From Ramazzottius varieornatus (Eukaryota; Animalia; Tardigrada), in contig BDGG01000011.1 in the NCBI GenBank assembly GCA_001949185.1, positions 393,552-457,551 on the forward strand: a stretch of DNA of 64,000 nt, written 5' to 3'. A model generated the notes under the pieces. The model did no database searches. It was not told the origin of the DNA and worked only from the letters and a program-made list of their open reading frames with translations. How positions within the stretch are numbered: the first letter of the stretch is position 1; every line of letters begins with the position of its first letter. Both the position numbers and the translations under genes were made by a program. Below are positions 12,181-24,115 of the stretch, one piece after another.

Positions 12181-12223
12181 AAGGCTGCGTTTCGTAAGTC
12201 GACCCTAGTTGATAACCCGACAG

Positions 12224-12447
12224 GTGATTGATGACGTCACGGCTAAGAACGAACATCAGGAAGATGCTTGAAAAAGACGAGCTCGGACAATCAAATTGCA
12301 CTGTGATTTATGCGTGCTCGATTGAATCGGGTTAACCGTTAACTAGCCTTTTTATGCTAGTTAACCGTTAACCCAGCTCCTACCCCGTTCGTGACGTCAT
12401 CAGTCACGTGTGCAAAAGCTGGTTGCCAGGCCGAGCGAAGCGAGGCC
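12224..12447. repeat. Nested palindrome plus GC hairpin
   Basis: GTGATTGATGACGTCACG (12224) and CGTGACGTCATCAGTCAC (to 12407) enclose a 19-bp-arm hairpin GGGTTAACCGTTAACTAGC-N8-GCTAGTTAACCGTTAACCC (~12329-12375). GGCCGAGCGAAGCGAGGCC follows at 12429-12447. Confidence 0.7.
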
Positions 12448-13677
12448 CTTTTAAGTCTGTCGAGATTTCAATGGACGATCAGATTCTTCGAGCTTTCACA
12501 TATCGCAAACACAGTACTGAAAAACGACACGCCACTTGATCGGGGCGATTGAAAATTTCACTGGGGAACCGTACTGTGAGTCACAAGTAGAAGCGCTCAC
12601 TCTACAATGGTTTGCTCCTTTGCTCGGCCTTTCCAGTGGTCATAACCACTAGCTAGTTAACTAGGGTTTTTGACTTAAGAAACTCAACCTAATTAGCAGT
12701 TGACAATTCAGTCGTATGTGTCATGTCGGTCAGTGAAGGCATCGTCTATAATTAAAGTAACTTTAATTAGAGGTCCGCGCGTAAGTCATATTATTATATA
12801 ACAGAGAATTCTAGGGAAGTTTACTTACTGTAATCAAAATCGCAACATCAAGGAAGATTCTACAATCGTAATAGACATCAAAATTGTGAAAGCCATAGTA
12901 AAATAACACTGGCGCACTTCTGCCGCACTTTAATGCAAACGGACGAGCGCAATGCAAGCCTTGCCCTCCTTGTACCGTGGTACTAGATTCGCCTACATTG
13001 TCGGCCAAATATCCTTTCCACAGTTAACGCTTCGGGCTGCCAAAGCAGCAGTCTTGAATTTTCTACTCTCCACACCATCCGTCAGATTTGGTACCTGAAA
13101 ATCAACATGCTTGATGTCGTACACCCGATCGGAAGCCCCGGTCCTTGATCTACAGCTGGTCTGCTTTACAGTTCTCAGACTAAACTTCCATCTTTTGGAT
13201 TCTTCATAACGTTTTGCAAGCGTCTCACAAGCTCGGGCGAGCACGTTGACGCGCTGGGCAAGCCAGAAGTTCAGCGGCTTTCCCGAGAAAGTCGCTCGGT
13301 CCACGAGCCGTCATTACAGACATTAAGCTGCCACTCCGGTTCATTTCCCGATTGTAGACTCGTAGTAACGACTTGCTTCGTCTCTTTTGACGTGTAACTT
13401 CGATTTGCGGAGCCCCCTCATTTTCGGGAGACAGCGTAATCGGAAATACGGTCAGCTAGCACTGTGAAGCATTGTGACCAAATATTCAAACCAAAGATTG
13501 AAATTTTGAAGGCGCTACCACAAGCTCACAGATTTCAATAGAACATCCTAACCGCTCGAGCGTTTGCAAGAATTTGCGCACAAACTCTCTCACACTATTG
13601 ACATTTTACGAGACCATGGTAAAGCTGTCCTCCGAGGATGTCCCGCACGACGCAAAGCAGCAAACACAAAATCTTCC

Positions 13678-14764
13678 TTAGAACAAAGTTAAGCGGTTTT
13701 GTATACCCTTCGTTATACTATATTCGTAAACGACACGATTCCCCAGAGATGCATGGAAACCAGGAGCCTTCTCTTTGCGGATTGCATAGACGACTTTGGC
13801 ACCTTTTTCCAGCTGCAGCATCTTGTCCATGAGCCTGGTGCCACCTGTAGACAATGTGATTAATCTGAATGCTGCTTCTATTCAAACCTGACCGATCGAC
13901 CGTACACCGATCAGGTGCAAGTTCCTACTAAGAAGACGTTCTTTTTACGAGTGACGGAGATGGGACGTGCTGCTGATTACGCTTCCCGCTAGCAGGACCA
14001 TACAATCCATGACACACACGGAACTCGTCGACTCGATACGGAAAGTGAGAACGAACCTGCTATGAGAAGGACATAAGGAAACAGATGCGTTCTCGGACTT
14101 TGAGTTGTCAGGTATCTCTCCACTTGCTCGTACAAATCATCATCAACCGCACTAGTCGAGCCGTCCTGCTTCACCGCCGAATGCCTGTCAGCCTGACTGA
14201 AGAGCACCTGGCAAAGCCAAATGGTTATTTTTCTTGTGATATTCGTGTCTGAAAATGATCAAGTATCAAATTTCGGTCGTCTCTTTTTTCCTCAACCGTA
14301 CATCGTGAGCTAGGAGCTCTTGGTAGACATCCGGAGGAATATGAGAAGCGTGCTCGTATGCAGCATAGATCTCGAAGCAATCTTCGCTAGTGTCGGCTTC
14401 TACTCGACCTTGGATTGATCGGATGATGTCGCTACAGTAATCCCGACCACCGACACAACAGTTTTCCAGATCCCAGAACACGCGAGCTGGGCGTCCAGAT
14501 ACTCTTGCTGTACCGAGAAAAAAAGTTTGCGGAATAACGCTTTCAAGAAAAGCTGGTAAAACATCCTTTCGATTCATCGATTAACGCACTTCTTTTTGAT
14601 GGTATGGTGATGCCTAAATCCACGTCCTCACTGGCGGACGTTCTCGCAGCGATGGCCATTGAAGAGCTATTCCGCAGTTGTCCGAAACTGGCTACAGAAG
14701 CTGCTTTTGGAGGGCTGCTACCAAAGTCCCTGCTGGGTGGGCGTTGAAGGCCTGGACGATCCAT
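13678..14764 (-). CDS. NYN-domain (PIN-like, MARF1/limkain-b1-type) protein, likely catalytically degenerate
   Basis: Exons 14764-14590, 14507-14302, 14207-14057 and 13844-13678 splice in frame. Motifs: ARVFWDLENC, SAVDDDL, and VLLIAGGTRL where NYN proteins have LISGDxDF. Confidence 0.7.
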
Positions 14765-15127
14765 GGATGGAGAAGGATCAAAACAGGCCGAATTCACCGA
14801 TCACGTGATGTTGAATTTCGAGTGAATCTGAATTCCAAAAATATTCAAACGCACGCCCCGCTCAATGGTGGAGGACAGTGAACATACGAAGCCAGTCGAC
14901 TAGGATTACTATTCTCAAAACTCGAAGTTGATACAGATCACTGCAAAACAAAACACGAAACGAAGATGCTCGGGCAAGTGAGTACCTGATCGACAGTTGT
15001 CTCAATTCTCAAAACATACACAGGTACACGCTACGTATTTTTGCGCAGCCAGTTAAAGTCAAAGGACCGCAAAAGAAAGCAGAACTTAAAGACCGCAGCA
15101 AATGTTCCGGTAAGAAAAAATTGTGTC

Positions 15128-15501
15128 TACGAGGTGAAGATAGCGGACTTGTCAATGAAAAATCGCATAGCGAAGTTGTCAGCTTTTGGGCCGCGTGGTG
15201 GCGACACGTCCTATTGTCTTACCTACCGCAACTAATGAAACGCGACATTTACGCCCCCAGCGGCTCGCTGTAAAGTTTTCTCATAGGCTTTTTAACATTG
15301 GAGAAACGTCTCTTCCTGTTAGACTTGTCAAGAGACTCCCTGTATCCTCCTTAGCTTCTGGATTAGTACGGTTAGTTTGCGCAGGATACTTCTACCTAAC
15401 AAACCAAGAAGCAAACAAAACAGCTCAGTACTTCGCGAAATCTGACGTTGACAACTTCGCCATGCGATTTTGCATTGACAGGTCCGCTATTTCTCTTCGT
15501 A
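15128..15501. mobile_element. Tc1/mariner-type MITE (~55-bp TIRs, TA at both ends)
   Basis: TACGAGGTGAAGATAGCGGACTTGTCAATGAAAAATCGCATAGCGAAGTTGTCA pairs with TGACAACTTCGCCATGCGATTTTGCATTGACAGGTCCGCTATTTCTCTTCGTA. Confidence 0.75.
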
Positions 15502-16359
15502 CCGTGTAACGTACTTGCATGTTATACGTGATACAGAGTTCGCATTTCGTAGCTGAATGCCGAGAAGAAGTCTGATCTGTCAGCTGATTATCAATGATTG
15601 AAGGATAATTATGCCGGTCATGTTGCTGCAGCACCAGGAAACTGGTTCTAGCAGTGAAACTAAGCCAAGTTTATCTTTGATTATCGGAACGGAAGTAGCG
15701 TGTTGTGCATTACTATACTGTGTAATCGCATACAACAGAGACGTAGTGCAATCGCCAACTATCACGTCTTTCGGTATGACTTTGCGTTTTTCAAAAATGC
15801 AACTTTGAAAGTCGTATCCTATGAAATGGGTCGGAATGTTAATCTGGCTTTTTTCGTAATTCAGGACACTGTACCCGCCTCCAATTGCATGCGTGAAGGT
15901 TCCGATCCCGTTGCCGGTCTGGGCAAAGGACCGTTGCGTACTGCACTCGCCAACGATCGAATCGATGCACGTAGCGCCAAATGCACACACTTTCCGATCC
16001 CTTCACTCGTCTGTTCATCTGTATTTTTCGTATCAAAAACGAGTCCTCTGGAAAGCCATACGAAACAGCCTAACGTTTCTTTGAGTCTGCTTTCCGCTTT
16101 GAATTCAGCTTAGTATAGCTGTGACAACCGCTGGCATGGTTAACGATAGCGTTCAGGATATTATGGTGGCTCTCGACGAGACAGCCTTTGCATCTAGTGC
16201 CAGCAACAGTCGTAGTATGATGCAGTTCATCAAGTCAAACAGAGGAGGGAATATTGCTGTACAGTCAACTCGCTTCAAAAGGTGGACAAAAGTTTTCGGT
16301 CTTAATTTGAGGCATGCTAAACGTTCAACGCGCTGCGTGCTGGGGTACAGGCGAAAATT

Positions 16360-17003
16360 GAGCTCTGTTGCATCTACCGATGGGTGGTACTTTTAGCCTT
16401 CTGGCCAACCCATCCAACATTTTTTTGGATTCTCTTACGGCCATAGTTCTTAGTTTGCGAGGCGGGTCAACTTGACCGTTTTAGAAAGTTAAGATCAGCT
16501 TTTGATCATCCCGCTACCTTGGAAGATCAACTGATAGGATCTCTGATCCTCAGTATGTACGATCCTCCACACAATCGTACGCGTGAATCCGTCCCGGGTA
16601 GTGAGCACGCGGCAGACCAGTCTATCAACGGTCAGTTGTCAATCAGTCAAACAGATTTGCGCCATGAGTACATAATCAGGTAATCAATGACACCCTGGGC
16701 TAACCGTGTGTGATNNNNNNNNNNNNNNNNNNNNNNNNNNNNNNNNNNNNNNNNNNNNNNNNNNTACCCGGGACGGATTCACGCGTACGATTGTGTGGAG
16801 GATCGTACATACTGAGGATCAGAGATCCTATCAGTTGATCTTCCAAGGTAGCGGGATGATCGAAAGCTGATCTTAACTTTCTAAAACGGCCAAGTTGACC
16901 GCCTCGCGAACTAAGAACTATGGCCGTGAAAGAATCCATAAAAATGTTGGATGGGTTGGCCAGGAGGCTAAAATTACCACCCATCGGTAGATGAAACAGA
17001 GCT
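16360..17003. mobile_element. Long-TIR element spanning an assembly gap
   Basis: 16360-16600 is the reverse complement of 16765-17003. The 50-N gap lies between the arms. Confidence 0.75.
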
Positions 17004-18779
17004 TAGCACGGCAAATGGATTAAGACCGTCGACGTTGCCCATTTTGCAGGGAAAACCGTTTTGTGACGAAATATCTGGCTCTGGCTCTGAACAATAAATT
17101 CATGTTTTCAACCCATATCTGTGTAGCTCGGACTGTTCTCTAATTGAATTTTAGAAAGAAAATCACAGGAGTCTAGTCTAAAATTTTTTTAAAACGGTCG
17201 AAGTTGGTGCAAATTTGGTTTTGCACCGTCTGTGATTTAACGTCGATCCGGACTTCTTGTGAACAGATTTCTGCCAAAATAATTTTTCAGAGGCTTGCCA
17301 GACCCCTGCGGTGAAATTTCACTGGGAATGTCAATGATTCAGTTGGTTTGATTAAGTTTTCTAATTCATTGGATATTCGAAATGGCTAGACGGGTGAGCT
17401 CTCATCCGCGGAGAAAGCTGACTATGCGGATGAGACAAACCGTCCGATATGACAAACGGAACTCTGTTTCGAGAACAGCAAACACCTGGTTCGAATACAC
17501 TCGGTGCGCCACTGGAAACATGTTTACGTGGCCAGTGGCGAGCCGCTTTTTTCCTGATCAACTTATCTACAATCAATGTGCCAGTCCACGTTGAGAGGAA
17601 CATTTCCTGAACGGCGGTGATCCTGGTTTCCTAGTTCCATGATCCATGTCTCCGCATTCGTTTCCGCCTAATCATTAGTCTAGATCTAGACAATGAGCTA
17701 CCATACTATAAGTCGCGATCAAAAGACCGAGCCGAAGTATAACTTAAGCCGAATCAAGTTTTGCTCGACACTTGGTAAGTATCATGGATCGTACATTAAT
17801 CCTTGCAGACTTAAAATACCGTGACCTCTAAAGGTCGTCAGCAAAAAATGCTGGTTATTCATTACGTGGCTCGCTCGACCCACAATATCTTTTCCCCAAA
17901 AACATGACTTCAAATCAAGATTCTAAACGGTGCTGCAGAGCAAAATTACAAAACGAAGCAAACTGGAACAACGAAGTATAAAAGCCTTTCACCTTTTTGT
18001 CGTCGATAAATTTAAGATACATTGTGGTTAGTTTAAATGAATTTGTCCTGATAGAACAGGGAGAAACAATTTTCCGAAAATACAGCAAAAGTTACGATCT
18101 CCAAAAAGAATGACTTGCGAACAAATCGTTTCCACAATCACACCGAGCTCGCTCTCGAAACTGTTTTACCCAAGAATAACTCCAGGCGATTGGGCTAAAA
18201 CCTTGACCTTTCTCTTATGGGGAAACAAATCTCCGTATCCCTACATGGCTGTCGCGCTCCAAAATCTTTCCTTTTTTACAATCAATTTAAACAAATTGTA
18301 TCGCACAACTGGGTGAGTCAAATTACGCCATACGTATGTTTTACGAAGGGTAAAACACTTGTACCCAAATACATGATAATGTTTCATGCAAAATCAGGCT
18401 GGGGGAAGATCGTACTTTTCTTCCTGACAACGAGTAAGGTGGAATCTTGCTCTGGCGCTCTATCAGACACAGTCACGATCAGAGGATTTGGGGCGATCTT
18501 GATTGTTTCCGGGAAATCGTTGTGGTCGAAAGCTATCCGGAGGTCCCTCATGCCGAATCCGCTAAATCTTGGAAGTCTTCAGGGGAGTCTTCTTTGAATA
18601 TACTTATGTAACTTGCTAGAAAGATCTTCGTTCGCGGACGGATTTCTTAACTTTTCTCGGAAGTTCTGCTGGTAGTTTTATTGTGTCTACATCTGAAGTT
18701 CTAGAACAGACAAGGGCAAACTATTCATGGAGGCATACTCGAAAACTCTGACAAATAAATGACTGGATTTTTCCGAGAG

Positions 18780-19400
18780 CAAAATTCACAAAAATCAGGC
18801 ATGCGTCATGTCGTCTTAAACTCGGACAAACTATACAGATCTCTATGACTTCATGGGAAAAACCGTCAGATGCAGAAAGGGACTTCCCGATGCGACCAGG
18901 GGTGCTCAGCTCCTGTGTTGTTCTTATTTTCAACACTCCAGTCAGGCCTGGTATCAGCTCACTTCCCCATCAGTCTGCGGCAGTATGGAACCTGCAAAAA
19001 GATATGTGTTAGACGATCCGTCGGCTTAATATCAAAAATTCCATCTCACTACTAGCATCCTTTAGTCTGCCGCCACGACAAGAGGGGAAGTCCCGCAGTA
19101 CTTTTGCGTCGCGAACGCTCCCACTTCTGGAAAAACAGATTCTGTCAGTTTACAGAGATCACCAAGCACTCTGGGTCCACAGGCGTGCTTTGTGGCAGTA
19201 GCTATCAATCCCTGCTGGTTTGAGCACGGTCATCCAGGTTAGAGCAATACTCAAACCAGCAACTACCTCACCGTGCCACCGATAAGGCCGTGACTCTAAC
19301 GAGGCATTGCCAGTAACAGGGCCGTGCCCGAGCAATGAGCTTGGACATTCAACTATCAAGGGATGCCGGCGACTGTTGCCACACACATTGAGAAAACGAC
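18780..19400 (+). pseudogene. Possible degraded LINE RT remnant
   Basis: Contains DQGCSAPVLFLF (QGCxLSPxLF-like) and LGH...RLLP. Heavily decayed. Confidence 0.22.
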
Positions 19401-19940
19401 TGACCCCAACTTACCTTGAGGTCGTCTCCCCCACCATTCTTCTCCAGAGCCAACGACGGCAAGAGTACGAATCGGTTCTGCACTAGTTGAGTCGGGTGAA
19501 GGGTGTACTCTTTCAGGGCAATTCAACCAATGGGTCAGAGAGAAACCTTGTCAACCCAGATTGAATTGCGCAGTTCCGCACGGTAAAGCCGGTTACGGTG
19601 CGCCACGTGAACCGCGGCAAGGGCGACGCGGTATGAACTTGACACAGACATTCCTACCTCGTGTTGTCCAGTTCTGCCGGGTGCTCGGCTTTCTCGAAAC
19701 TAATGAGGGAAGTCCCGCAACGCGAAGGAGCCTGAAATACGCAAAGAAGCAGGTAAAACACTAAAAATACTGATTTGTTGCCGATAAACGGAAATCCACC
19801 TTCTCCAACAGCTGATATTGCTTACCAGCAGACATCCGACAGCAGGTCATCTACCCTCATCGACCGCAGGCAAGCGGATTCCCAGCTCCTTTCAGGCGTT
19901 GTTCGTATATCGGTTTCCATCAGTTAAATGTGGGAAGATG

Positions 19941-20350
19941 GCACATCATGCTTGTTACTATTATGTAGCCCCGACATTAAGCTTTCAAGTAAGCCCATGT
20001 GAGAAATTTCTGAGACTCTGCGGAAAAAGTTTCTTTGACATACCTACGCGCACCCTTTGCCGCATGAAACGCACTACTTCTTGGTTACCTTTCGATATCT
20101 TCCGTTTCGACTGACCGAATGACTGAAACTACAAAGTCTGATTATCTTTATGAAAGGTGTCACCATTGGAACGTAACTTGGCAGCAAGGATGTCGAAGAC
20201 AAGGCGTCGTGAATATGCACCACCAAAAATAACCGAGAATACTTCCTGGTTGACACGACGACACAGCTTTTTCTGCATATCTGCAAAAATTTCTCACATG
20301 GGCTTACTTCCTCACAAAGCTTGATGTTGGGGCTACATAATAGTAACAAG
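19941..20350. mobile_element. MITE; inverted copy of the inner core (~1425-1850) of the foldback element
   Basis: TIRs CTTGTTACTATTATGTAGCCCC... / ...GGGGCTACATAATAGTAACAAG. The interior matches 1503-1775 in reverse, and the ORF track shows the same spurious peptide at 1489-1713 and 20074-20373. Confidence 0.85.
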
Positions 20351-20649
20351 TAAAGTTGTAAATTCCTAGTCAAAGGTCCTTGGAATGGAAAACAGGGAAG
20401 GACTTCCTAATATTCCTATATTCCTATATTCCTTTTCCAAAATTCGACGGCCAAATTTAGGAATTCCGAGAACGCCAGTTTTCATCACACATAGATATGG
20501 AACCATACAGAAAACAGAATACACTACGAGATCATCAATTACAGATCTGAAGGTAATAATTTTCAAAGAAAAGTCTCTACCGGCTTCCACGACGTAAAAT
20601 TTGACAGGCCTAGTCAAGCAACGCAAATGATCAGTTCTCACAATAAAAA

Positions 20650-23427
20650 CTAAACTGCAACCGTATAACCGAACAAGGGTTTCAGAGTACGGAAACCAGG
20701 CGAAACCTCTACCACTGCTACCTCTCCGGCATCATCTGCGTCAACTTCCGCGTCTTTCTCCAGTAGCTCGGCCATGAACTCATCGAACTCGACGGCGAGG
20801 GCTGGTACATGTGAATCTACTGAAGGCGTGGGTTCTGCGACAGGTCCTGCGGTCTGAATGACGTCCAGCACATCGTCCTTGGGCTTGGCTTTCTCGTTTT
20901 CTTTGCAAACAAGGTAAAAGCGATGATTACAGATTACTTGAAGATCGTAACAGTTTTCTTGTATTGAAATTTTCGTTACTTAGGTGAAACTCGGTTTCTG
21001 GATGAAATAAACATGAGTGTTACACTCTTCAAGTAAGCTCGCTTTTACCTTGAATTGCTTTCTTCTTCCGTTCTTCCTGGAGCTGCATCTTTACGACACA
21101 TATTCCTGTTACCAGGTCGACCTTCAGCAGATTGCGTGCATCTGTATGCACACCCTTCATGCGACTCCACAGTCTTTCTACTCCAGCAGCGTGCGGGGAT
21201 ACTTTAAGGAGCAGTGTTGCCAAGTCTGAAAGCTCAGTATGTTCGGTTCGGACGTAAGACCAAAAGTCGAGAGGCTTCTTAAACAGCGAAGTGTAGCGTT
21301 CTTCGAACATGTTTGTGTTGTTTGCGTACTGGAGAAGGGAAGGCAGGAGCGACCTGGTGTCTCTCTTGAAGTACCTCTTGTACAAGTCTGTACACCACGT
21401 CCTAATCACATCGTTGTGAAGCTTTGACGGGTCAGCCTGGAGAATGCCGTAGTGCTACCAAATTATCTCGCACTCAACCACATGAACAGCAAATGATGCC
21501 CGGGTGAGTCATCGTGGCCGCAGTGATAACATCTGATTATACTGGGTAGCGATGACTTATATGGTTAAGTGCGCGATAATTTGGTAGCACTGCAGTACAA
21601 TCAAAATTTCAGATTTAAAATGTAGAGTTGTCTGTTGACAGACTGATGGTATTGAAAAGACCTGGAATCACATACCCGAAACTTGGTGAGCTTGACGTGG
21701 GGATGCAAAAACATGGCTACCACCATTAGTTCGGGTTCGTAGAACCATTTCTAGCGTCGTTCCAGCTTCTCAAGCAGGATTGAGCGTTCGCTTGCCACAG
21801 AGTGCTCGAGGAAGGAACTGTCGGCCAGACATACACCAATCTCAGCGAGTGTACAGTCGTCACTTTCTGCTTTTGCCTGGGCATCGACCAGTGGACGCAG
21901 AAGGGCCAGCACGTCTTTCAGGGAATCCCAGAACTTACTGCTTCCAGTGGCAGCCTTTGTGTCTCCGGGAAGGTAGTCCTCGTTGTCTTCGAACTTGACT
22001 GCGTAACTCTGAAATCAGAAACCCATACCGTAGAGTATTACCCTTAAGAGACAAGTACATCGCCATATAGAATGGTAAGCCGCGAATTACCTGTAGTGCC
22101 ATGGATGACTTCCGTACGTTGAGGAAACTGAAGTAATACGAGTACCATCGAGAGTGAGTTGGTCTTGGAAGTGAGATGGTTTTACTATGCAAAACTTCCT
22201 GCAGCTTGAGGAGTCTTCCTAATGACTGATTGCTCACGCTAAACCAACTGATGATGGAAAGAGCGCATTTAAAGATTGCAGAGAACTTCGGAACGAACTT
22301 GAAAACCTCTTGGAATATCAGATTGATATGATGGGCACTGCACGGAAGAGATATGATTTCCGGATGAAGCTTTTTCAGGTCGGTTCTGGCTTTGCGATGA
22401 GTCCCGTCTGAATCACATGTCACCGCTTGGATTGTTCCGTTGTACTTGGTCCTCATGATCGCCAGAGCACTTTCAACTTGCTCAATGACATAGTCGCCCG
22501 TATAACTAACGCCTGTAATATTCTCGATTTTGCCAAAGATGTGATTCTCGGTGCCATTTTCTGTACGGATGACGGCGACAAAACTTGCAGCGAAAAACGC
22601 AATATATACAGAATAAAAACAAGATAAAAACTTCCGTAGAAGTTCTACATAAGTTTGAGCGTCTTACCGAGCAGCTTATTCTTGGATACGTCCTTGAAGC
22701 TATCGAAGGTTGACGTCACAGTTGGCTGCCTACTGAATACTGTGTCGATCTCGGAAACAGCTTCCGATATTCTGTCCTTGACTATCCGTTGGGAGAAAGT
22801 AATACGTTTCGGAAGCTTGACACCTGGTCGGAGAAATTTAATGAGTTCCACGAACGATTCATTTTCAACAGATCGGTAATACGGAAACCAACAAAAATTA
22901 GTCTCATCTTACATAGATATCGAGCTTAATCTAAGAACCACATCGCATAAGCTTTTACCTGAATGGCATATTACAGTCGAGGAAGGCATTGGCAAGCAGT
23001 CTTTCGAACTGGGACTTTTCGGAAGTCGTGAGAGGACGGTCGACAAAGCCCATAAGGCTTCCTTGCGTGGTCAGGCGTTTCAGCCTTGCCTTCAGCTGCT
23101 CTTTCCCAGATGTAGGTTGTTCAGTGTTCGGAGCTCTACAAGGTTTTTTGACAGGCTGCGGTACATGAACACATCCCAGCACGTGCTTGACAAGGTACAA
23201 CCGTTCTCCACGTAGCTCCAGGACTTTGGCGCCGGCCTTTACGCAGAACCTGCACGTCGCGACGCGATGATTCGTTTTCTTGTACTTCCCCACGTGGGCG
23301 GACCTGAACCGCTTGAACTCACTACGCTAACTAAGGCTCGTCTTTGGATCAAGGCATATGAGCCGCTAATCCGGTGAGCAAGGGCTTCTTCATGAGTAGC
23401 TTCTTCATCATGCTTTTCTGTGGCCAT
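20650..23427 (-). mobile_element. hAT-superfamily transposase gene (BED zinc finger), intron-containing, inactivated
   Basis: BED finger ATCRFC...LVKHVLGC, first D (STFDSF), second D (VTCDSDG), CSAHHINL, SRWYS, AMFLHP and PHAAGVERLWS (catalytic E). An in-frame TAG at 21751-21753 replaces the Trp of ERRW. Boundaries are approximate. Confidence 0.88.
21449..21592. mobile_element. ~145-bp MITE inside a transposase intron
   Basis: TAGTGCTACCAAATTATCTCGCACTCAACCA pairs with TGGTTAAGTGCGCGATAATTTGGTAGCACTG, within intron ~21437-21675. Confidence 0.75.
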
Positions 23428-24115
23428 TTCATCCAAAACTCTTCCCAAACTTCGGATTTTCTGACAATATGTCTTAATGGAGTGCCAGCTGTTTTGACAG
23501 TGTCTTTCAACGTCTGACGTCGATTGTAAACTATTCATCAAACTGTACTAATAACTGGACGCTTAACTGTTGTTTGTTCAATTATGGAAGCAAGGCTGCC
23601 ATAACTGAACAAACATTGAAAATGTTCAGTGTAGCTGTGGGTATAACTGTACGAGGGAGCGGTTGTTAAGTTAGCCGGTGTAGGTCGAGGTTGTTGAGTT
23701 AGCCATAGAAGGTAGCGAGTTTCCTGCTCTGCTCAAATTCGATATTTTATCAGTCTATTGGATTAGATCTTGTGTACTGTGTTGCGAAGACAGTGTTAGC
23801 TCATACGATTTTAACTAGTTTCAGCAGTCGCGAATTTAAACTATGGCATCGGCTTTCGAAACCGAACCGACAATCGAGTTAGCATAAAGTTGAATACTGA
23901 CCGAAAAGGGAGCTCCAGAATGAAAATACTCAGTACGGATTGTTTTTGTTGCACTTCAACCCGACTTAACGGCTCGGAACCAAGCAGAAGTCTTTTTATC
24001 TGAATCCGATGATCCATATACTCTGAAGGTCGATTTGCAAGCACGTTGAGGTTGGTTTCTGTCTGGGGTCCGACACCAGGCTGATGGAGACTTTCGAATT
24101 AACTTTTTGGCCGAG

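Noticed and set aside
15580-16113. Overlapping 136-137 aa ORFs on both strands
   Set aside because: No recognisable domain or splice structure; lies between two TIR elements.
18165-18270. K+ channel pore-like GYGDLFP on the minus strand
   Set aside because: Flanked by stops, lacks the TxxTxG prefix and has no other channel exons nearby. Chance match or unrecognisable relic.
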